DNA of 64,000 nucleotides from Daphnia carinata (Eukaryota): NCBI RefSeq assembly GCF_022539665.2, contig NC_081332.1, positions 6,324,001 to 6,388,000 of the forward strand, read 5' to 3'. Shown piece by piece: positions 56,178 to 64,000 of this stretch (position 1 is its first letter; each line of letters starts with the position of its first letter). The notes under the pieces were generated by a model. It saw only the letters and a program-made list of their open reading frames with translations, ran no database searches and was not told where the DNA came from. The position numbers and the translations under genes were made by a program.

Positions 56178-56245
56178 CTAATAACACGTTTTTTGTTTCA
56201 TTATTCAAATTAATCAATCTATTTAGTTTATTCTTTGGACATTAC

Positions 56246-56318
56246 CTTTCTCTTCATTTCCTATGGGCGTCGAAAAGGCTCCTGGGAAGTAAGCCACGCA
56301 AAGGGCCACAAGAAGAAC
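56246..56318 (-). CDS. Secreted cysteine-rich peptide gene, coding exon 2 (VLLVALCVAYFPGAFSTPIGNEEK; signal peptide core and start of pro-region)
   Basis: Preceded by the pyrimidine tract TCTTTCTTTTTTAAATTTTCTTTTTGATTAAG|. The exon is 73 nt and ends AAAG|GTAATG (phase 1). A 68-nt intron (56245-56178) follows. Confidence 0.82.
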
Positions 56319-56444
56319 CTTAATCAAAAAGAAAATTTAAAAAAGAAAGATTTCCATTCCATAACAATTCGTTTTTCATTTAAACGTTTACACAAAATAC
56401 AAGTTTTACTTTAACAAATAGATAACCGCTTAATTGAAGGTTAC

Positions 56445-56465
56445 CATTGAAACGAAGAAACGCAT
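56445..56465 (-). CDS. Secreted cysteine-rich peptide gene, coding exon 1 (MRFFVSM)
   Basis: CCACC-ATG CGT TTC TTC GTT TCA ATG|GTAACC: strong upstream Kozak context and a phase-0 donor. A 126-nt intron (56444-56319) follows. Confidence 0.8.
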
Positions 56466-56524
56466 GGTGGAACAAGTTGTCGGTAGAAAAGGCTTGACTA
56501 GACCAGGCTGGGCGACGAAGCTCG

Positions 56525-56560
56525 ATGATGGTCCCATCTCGATTGAACATGATATTTATA
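56525..56560 (-). promoter_or_regulatory. TATA-box core promoter of the peptide gene; predicted TSS near 56530
   Basis: TATAAATA at 56560-56553 on the minus strand, 95 nt upstream of the ATG, with a CA dinucleotide about 30 nt downstream of the TATA. Confidence 0.6.
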
Positions 56561-59500
56561 CTCATTTGTCGAACGTTGTCACGTTGATTTACATCAATTT
56601 CACACGTGCGCGAAACCCGGAAATGAGAACTGCCGATCTACAGTAAATCATTTATATAAACACACCAGTTGTATGTTCTCAGGTGTAATCACTGTACCCA
56701 TGTTATTCTCGTTTAAACCGGCCCTGGTCGTATTTTCAGAGGTACACCTGCACCCAAGTGCGTCATTTTATGCAAACAACTGTGCGTTTCAATCGCAAAA
56801 AATCCCAGAAATGCACACAGTTCATTTATCTGTTTAAAACAAACGGGAGCTAGATAGGATATTGGGTTAGACTAATGAAACAAGTTCGTCCGCCATCCCA
56901 CGCACTATCAATTATGTACAATAGTCATATTTTTAAAGCATCACATAACATGCGTAATTCACAAAGTCTTTGCTTACGTGCCTACCAATGTTCGGGCTTA
57001 TTTTTTTGCGTGGTACCAGCTCTCTGTTGAAGAAACATTTTATTTTGAATAAATATTTAGAGAGAAGAAGAGAAGGCGTTGAATAATTATGCACGTGATT
57101 TCCATTACAGAAGGTTAAAAAGTATTGCGTTCATCATGGGTGAACGTTAAAGTGATTGTAATTTGGTATTCAGCGGTGACGTTCATGACTACACACAGTT
57201 GGCTGTGGTGCCTATGACAGTTTTATCGATACGCCTCGTACTTTGGGGATGAGTTGCACATCTGAGCATTCCAAACTTTAGCAACGACTATCTGCTGGCG
57301 CATTGGCAACATGTCTCCCTCCCTTACATAATTTAGAATAATGACCGACGAGCTTCACGTTCATTTCAAAGTACAAGTTGGGATCGCTTCAGCGCGTTGA
57401 GAATGTGACCCTCTTCTTTTACCAATTGACCTTAAAACAAGCAAAAACGCTTTTTATTTTTTCTATTTTTCTTCCTCTATTAGTTCCGTATATTTCTTTC
57501 TTTCTTTTTGCCTTCTCCGCTTCGACTCTTCATTTTGTGTTATGCACGTCTGTTTGGGAAAACTTTTGTCAGCTGTTTCTGCTTGTTGAATAAGAGCCGG
57601 GCTCATTCATTATTCTCGAGAAGCTATCACTTCCTGCAAGTCCACCCAACGCGTACCCGAGTACCACCCTCGTTCACTCTATGCCTCCATTTATTCTCTC
57701 CTTTTTCCCGTTTCTCATGCATATCCTGGTTTCCACTCACCCAAATCTCTCGCTCACTGTCATTCTTCTTCTTCACCATTTAATTTTTTTTTTTTTTTTT
57801 TTCACATTTTTTTTTTTTTTTATGATTACCCACTGCTTTCCACAATTGAGATGTGAACATGCTGTGCGGCTTTAGAATGAAAATTAGCTCCGGGGGACTG
57901 TTTGATTGTTCGTCACCAGTCAAGCCAACATTTGCTTAATCAAGCCAGTTCCTGATCAGCCTCAACGCACTCGGAATTTCGAATGATTTTCTCTCTGCCA
58001 GCCCTTTTTATACTCCTTCATTTTCCACGTCCTCGCTCTCTCTCTATTCTGCGCCAACTGAATGGCAAGCTAATCAGTAGCTCCTCAATCTTTGGGCCGC
58101 CCCTCATTTAGCCTACCACTAATAGCAAATTCATCGAGGCTGGATGGCTAATCTTCAACAAAAACAAGAAAAGGAAATCTATATATACATAAAGCTCATA
58201 AAAGACAATGCCAATTCTTAGTTTTTCCCACTCTTTGTCAGCCACTCCACATCTTTGTGTGGATGAAGAATTAGAACCAAACAGAGAACAAAATAACGTA
58301 CGAGCAAAATGCTAACAGAAGAGGAACGTTTGGGGCTTCCAGTTACAGTTTGCTTTGTTTCGGCAGTTGCGCACTAGCCAAAGCAACATTAGTTTTAAAA
58401 GTCAAAAAAAAAAAAAAGAAGAAGAGAAAAAAGCAAAAACAATCGGGGCGTCAAGTGTGCCAAGACTATCCTCTCAGAAAAAAAAAGCGATTGATTTATG
58501 CACCGTCTTTGCGGGAGAGACCAGGCGCAATACGTAGACACACAGAGTCATATATACGCAGATACACTTGAAAACAATCGTTAGAATGATTTATACGCCA
58601 CTCTCGTTCAGACACAGAGAGAGAAAAAAAAAATCAAAGATTAGCATCGGCCGCAAAAAGGGCGGAATGTTCCATTTCGTTTTTCTTCCCCCGTTGTCGA
58701 AGAAAGTCACACAGGAAAAACAAAAAGCATTTTGTTTTCCCCCCTTTGCTTTTCTTTTTTTCTACAACAAAGTACCCAGCGACTACTTTGATAATGCGCA
58801 TCACACTCGTGTGACTCTTCTGTTTCTTACTTCTTTAAAATATGCGCCAGTCCTTAAAAAAAAAAATACATAATAAGTTCCATGAAATATGCAGAGATGG
58901 GAGAAAACGGAGAGTCATCTGATTGGCGCTGAACACGCGGCGACAGGTAGCGCGCGAACCCATCTTCATCTTTCCGACTTTTCTCGTTATGTTATCGCCA
59001 AAACCCATCTTTCCACCGTCCTTTTTTTTTTTTTTCATTTTGTAGACGACGTTAGACAGAGGCATCGTCCGTCAAGCTTCAACCCATTGGCCAGCTCCTC
59101 CAAAAAAAGACGGACGGAATGCCAAGTTTATTTCTTCTTTTTTTTTTCCTGGGCCATCGTTCGAGTCAAACAAACGATGGCCGTTACCATTATCGCGCCA
59201 GATTTCAATTGACTCGGCGAAACAAGAGAGAAGTCTCTCCTCTTTTTTTTTTGTGTTTTTAAAATAAATTAAACGCAGAAGGGCTCTTAAATAGTTTGAC
59301 ACACACAAAAAAAAAGCGTTAACTAAACACGCTCTGTTCACTTAGGAAAAATCAGAAAGAATAAAAAGGACCTATAATGCGACGTGCACAGAATTCGTTT
59401 CGGTTCCCATATATATATTTTTTTTTTGTTTCTTTTTCGCGAAGATTTTGAAATAGTATTTAGACGATAATGTGTTAACGTTAAGGACTGCCCTCTTGCC

Positions 59501-61703
59501 CTTCTTTTTGTTGTTTTCTTTTTTTTTTTTTTTTTTTACATTTTATTACCCCTAGCTGTAAAGCATCAGAGAAGATGAAGAAAAAAAAAAAATGTGGAAA
59601 TAATTCCCAATTTCGAGGGAGCGGACGTGTATACGGGCGACAGCTTGGCCTTTCCCAGTTTTCATTTTATTTTATTTTATTTTTTTTTTGTGTTTTATCC
59701 AGTGCCAAAATCTTCTTTTCTAGACGGGGCGTGATATATGGATTGTTATAAAAATGAGTACGCACACACACAAGGCACGCATTCATCGCGCCAGTTTTCA
59801 AAAAGACTTCGCTTTTTTACACTCGTACCTTCTACATGCACGTCTAAATGGCGCAAAAGATATACAGTACGTACGCACAGAAAATATGTGCGTTTGCCGA
59901 GCTTCGGCATAAAGTAGCGTGCAGAATGAGTATATAGCCAACTAGCCACCGTTTTCTTATTTTTTTTTTTTTTTTTTATTATTATTTCGTCTTTTTGGCT
60001 TCTGGTGAGTGAAATAAAAGAAAAAAAAAAGGGGCGACACTCGCACAAACGGTCCAATGATGATAATTTACGACTGAAGTGAAGACGCACGAAAATCGAG
60101 TTTTGTCCAGGCTTTTTTTTTTTTGCTCATTATGACTGGCAATCATTTCATTTTAGAAAATAAATAAAGTTTGGCATAAAAATTGGTTATGTCCAAATGG
60201 GTCGCCTTCGTCAGCGACGCAGCTGAACTCAATTGCCCGTTCACGGCAATTGCACGACAAATTATCGAAGATGTCGGCACGCTCCCGAAACATTTTAACT
60301 CTCACACTCCTCTCATCGTGTTATTTAAATTTTTTTTTTCTTCTCTTTACTTCATCTGCTTTATTTTCTTACACGAAACGGAATGACGATCAGCCGGATG
60401 CGTCACGAGTGGAACGATGGCGGTGAGAAAATGTAAACGTAGGGAAAAAAAAAAAAACAGAAAATAAACAGACGAAGGCGAGGAAGGAGGCCGGCCATTT
60501 GTCACAGGGAGATGCAAAACAGGACCAGCAGGAATAAATGAGGGAAGAGAAATATACACATACAAAAGAGGGACAGGTGATTAAACGGAGCAGAGACGGG
60601 CAGCCATCATTCATCCGTTTTTTTTTTTTCTCTTTCCCCTCTCTCTTTCGCTTCGCTCCCTCTACAATTTTTTCTTGTCTCTCGTTCACTGTTGTTGATC
60701 TGATGGGGGACGCGCCATGTGTGCTCTGGCATTGGCTAATGGCCCTCACTTCTCTCTATCCTTCGTCTCTCACGCGGCCTTCTCCGGGTCGTGCAAGAAA
60801 AATCACCACCGCTCTCTCCGTGTGTACGCGACCAGGGGATAAAAACCAAGACGCAATTGCCATGAAAAAAAAAAAAGAAATAAATAAAAGAAATAAACAA
60901 ATAGAAAAAAAACGGCCACAAATATTTATAAATACATAGATATGTAGATGTATGCATTCACTTTTCCTCTTTCTCCCCAACTGTCAGAATCTCTTATCTC
61001 AGTTCTTCTCGTCGGGTGCGGGACAGCGTCCCTTTTTTTCTTCGTTGTTGTTCGTTTTATTTTTTTCTTTCAATTTTTATCATGTGTATGCAAAAATCAC
61101 AGCTTTGACACGAAAACAAAATAAAAAAAATCTCGAATGAAGGTTGATCAAATTGTTTTTTTTTTTTCACATGACGTATTGACGAACTTGAAACCGACCC
61201 GCCATAAACGAAAAGTTTTGAGTGGTTTTTTTCCATTTACTTATAGCCGATGAAGAGCCGCAGTAAAAGAATGTAAACCATTCAAAATAACATTTCTTCT
61301 TTTTATTTACTGCATGTTGGAGGCGATTGTAGCGGTGCCAAAATACAAATCTTCTAGTATGGAAACTAATTTGCATTTGCCTAAAATGTGTCTCGAAATA
61401 AATATATATATATATAAAAAAAAAAATGTGTTACACTACATCGTGTCCATTTAAAACCATTAATTTCGTCGTTTCTTTCAATTTTCCCGGTACCGTCGGG
61501 ACCATTTTTACGCACAGCTGTGTCTTTTGGCGTTACGTTCATTGCCGTTTAGTTAAGAAATGTTGTCTTCATCGCCTTCTTTGTGAAAACACCCTTTTCT
61601 TTCTTTTTTTTTTTTTTTTTTTTTTGTTTATCAGACATTGGCGTAAAGTAGGGGCCATTAGAGATTCTTTGCCGAGCCATTTCGGCCCCCAATCTCTACA
61701 ACT

Positions 61704-62204
61704 CTAACTTACGTTGTCGCAGAAAAAGGACCAATGGCGATTGGTCCGCCCACAGTTTGTCTTCCATTCCGCCCGTAAACGATCACACGGCCATCTATAG
61801 TTAGACAAGCGTTTATGATAGTCAAAATAGACGTACGCTGGCAAAATTGAATTGAATCTATTCGAGATAACCTCGCCCAGTTTAAGGGTCGTCAATGACC
61901 CGATATTGACAGCTAAAAAAAAATTAAGAACGTTAGCTTTGTTTGTGTTGTTTATGCGTGCTAGCGGGTAGATAATGTGAGAAATGGTTGCGTAACCAAT
62001 GCCTGCGAAAAAGGGCATGTCAAAGTAAAAAATCGGCAATGGGGAAACGTGCAGACTGGATTCTATTTCGAATTCAAACGGTTTGCGAATGTCGACGCAA
62101 GAGCGCCCACTTTGTTCCAGTTCTGCGTAGTTCACGACCAACAACGTCAATTCGGATAAAACGCAAGGTATCAAATTAAAAAGGAAAAACAGATTCGTCA
62201 TCAT
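61704..62204 (-). CDS. Candidate uncharacterised protein, possibly secreted and possibly spliced (166-aa ORF)
   Basis: CAAA-ATG start context and a signal-peptide-like N-terminus (MMTNLFFLFNLIPCVLS). The sequence is homopolymer-poor. An internal acceptor (GCTAAC...TTTTTTTTTAG| at 61913) and a GTAAGT donor at 61712 bracket a 200-nt segment that is open in only one frame. No homology recognised. Confidence 0.35.
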   Translation of the reverse strand: MMTNLFFLFNLIPCVLSELTLLVVNYAELEQSGRSCVDIRKPFEFEIESSLHVSPLPIFYFDMPFFAGIGYATISHIIYPLARINNTNKANVLNFFLAVNIGSLTTLKLGEVISNRFNSILPAYVYFDYHKRLSNYRWPCDRLRAEWKTNCGRTNRHWSFFCDNVS

Positions 62205-64000
62205 TTTGCAGTTGCTATTTCTTGTTAAACACTAAGACAACACCGTCCAAAAATGACTAAACCAACGATTTTTGGCTGACAGTTGCTGTGCCAACAAAGA
62301 AAATCTGGTGCTAAAGGATACCAGGAAAAGATCCAATTATTCACTAAAGCCGAAGTATTCAAAAGCGCCATTGAAGACAGAAATGAATTGACATATCTTT
62401 CTTTGTTCAATTGTTTTTCAAACAGCTGAGAGTGGCATTTGTCTGTTGAACCGCTTCCAGGGAAAAGAAAATTCACCAAACCGCTAAAAACTTGTGAATT
62501 TCTTAGATATTTAACTATAAGGTATATAAAAATCAATAGAATTAAAACGAAATTTCATTTGAATTTTTAGGTTAGAAAAGATGTTAAGATTCTCTGTGTA
62601 ATAATTCCGCCTCAACGTTGAAGGTAGGCTCATCAATTCCATCGGCTGTGTAAGGGTACGTCACACGAAAAACCGAAGAAAAATTTCGAAAAAAAAAAAA
62701 AAAAATAAAATAAGGCGAAAGAAAAGAAAAAAACAAAAACAAAAACAGGAAGAGTAATAGAACAGACGAAACGGTGGACTTTATCAGAAGGATCGGCCCG
62801 TGAACGTTGATAACATCGCTTGCAGCATTGAAACGCTTTGGTGTTTCAATCCTCTGGGGCGGATTAAGATGGACGCAACGTGTCAATGAGCTCATTGAAA
62901 GAAGGGCCGCCTTTCTCTCTTGGCCTCTCTCGGTTCTTTTTCCAAGATTTATTTTCCAGTCAGCTAGTTATGTATGCGCTCTTTACTTCCGCTCAATCGC
63001 CTTCTCTCAAAGTTCCATTCTTATCGACTTGTATATAAATGGCCGCCCAACAGAAGACTTCATAACAACAGGATCAACTCGTAACGCCAGGTCTCTTTTA
63101 TTATATTATTCCCTTTTTTTTTTATTTTTCTTACAAGCGAATAACGGCTATATATCGGCACACCAAGTCTCTCTTGATCCGTGTCACAAGAATCTGCCTT
63201 CCCCTTTCTTATTTTTTTATTTATAACCCCCCCCCCTCCCATCTCCCTCACTCTCTTATAGCTTTTAATACATATCGATCGAAACGGGGGGGGGGGGGGA
63301 CCGTTGGTGAAGCGGAGCGCGCGGGCTTCAAATATACAGACGGTAAGAACCGGGACGGGCAGCGGACCAACCGCTGTGTTGTCATCGGGGGTAAGGGAAT
63401 GATTTCCGTTTTGGTGGTGCCCCCGCTCCCACTCGGATAGTGGTCCCCCCCCCCCCCCCTTTCTCCTCGCGTTTTCTAAAAACACGCAACAATAGCCCAC
63501 GCGTTCTTTCTTTTTTTTTTTTTCATTCCTCTTCCGGAAGGCGGAAGAACCGCAACCTTATACATAGGAAAAAAAAATAAAAATAAAAATAAAAGCGGAC
63601 GCAGAGCCACAGGGTCAATTCCCTTTTAGTTTTTCTTTTCCTTCTCGATGAAGTCGCTCAATGTCGCTCCGTCGGACAGGGGATAAACAACAAAGAAAAA
63701 TGGTGTTGCATTATGGGAGAAAAATAAAAATTGCATCGACAATGGTGTGACGCTATGAATCATGTGGGAAAAAAAGACACACACACACACACACACACAT
63801 ACACACGCAAAATTGGTTTGATTATTATTTTTTTTTTTTGATTATTTCTCAGGGAGGTTAGTGTGCGTTCATTATGCACGCAGACATGGCCGATCGATGA
63901 GTCGCACGGTATGACGGTAGGGCGTCGATAAGCTCATTAGGTACGATCTGAAAAAAAAAAAAGAATTAAATGATAATAATATACGTTTTTAAAAGAACAC

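Noticed and set aside
56178..56217. N-terminus MINLNNETKNVLL of the 66-aa ORF in the track
   Set aside because: Non-ATG start lying inside the 68-nt intron. The spliced model supplies a proper ATG and signal peptide.
62225..62536. 103-aa minus-strand ORF next to the candidate gene
   Set aside because: Non-ATG start, no recognisable motif, and no compatible splice link to the 166-aa ORF found.
1..64000. CRISPR arrays, rRNA/tRNA genes, operons, transposase or reverse transcriptase ORFs
   Set aside because: None seen. The DNA is eukaryotic with spliceosomal introns, and the repeats are simple microsatellites without repeat-spacer structure.

Overview
AT-rich eukaryotic DNA, dense in homopolymers and microsatellites. 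It is probably an arthropod; the plexin sequence and short introns suggest a Daphnia-like crustacean, which is inference only. About 97% of the window is non-coding, and almost all ORFs in the supplied track are low-complexity artefacts. One known gene is partly present: the large first coding exon of Plexin B on the minus strand (exon 6071-4722; signal peptide plus most of the Sema domain), flanked by canonical splice sites, with the rest of the gene beyond the left edge. Manual splice reading also reveals a complete small 4-exon gene at about 55.8-56.56 kb (minus strand) that the ORF track only partly captures. It has a TATA box, a CCACCATG start, three short GT-AG introns and an AATAAA. It encodes an 84-aa secreted pre-pro-peptide: signal peptide, acidic pro-region, and a cationic 35-aa domain with 6 Cys (C-x7-C-x6-C-x8-C-x3-C-x3-C). 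This is an antimicrobial- or toxin-like architecture that I cannot assign to a named family. A second, weaker candidate secreted-protein gene lies at about 61.7-62.2 kb.
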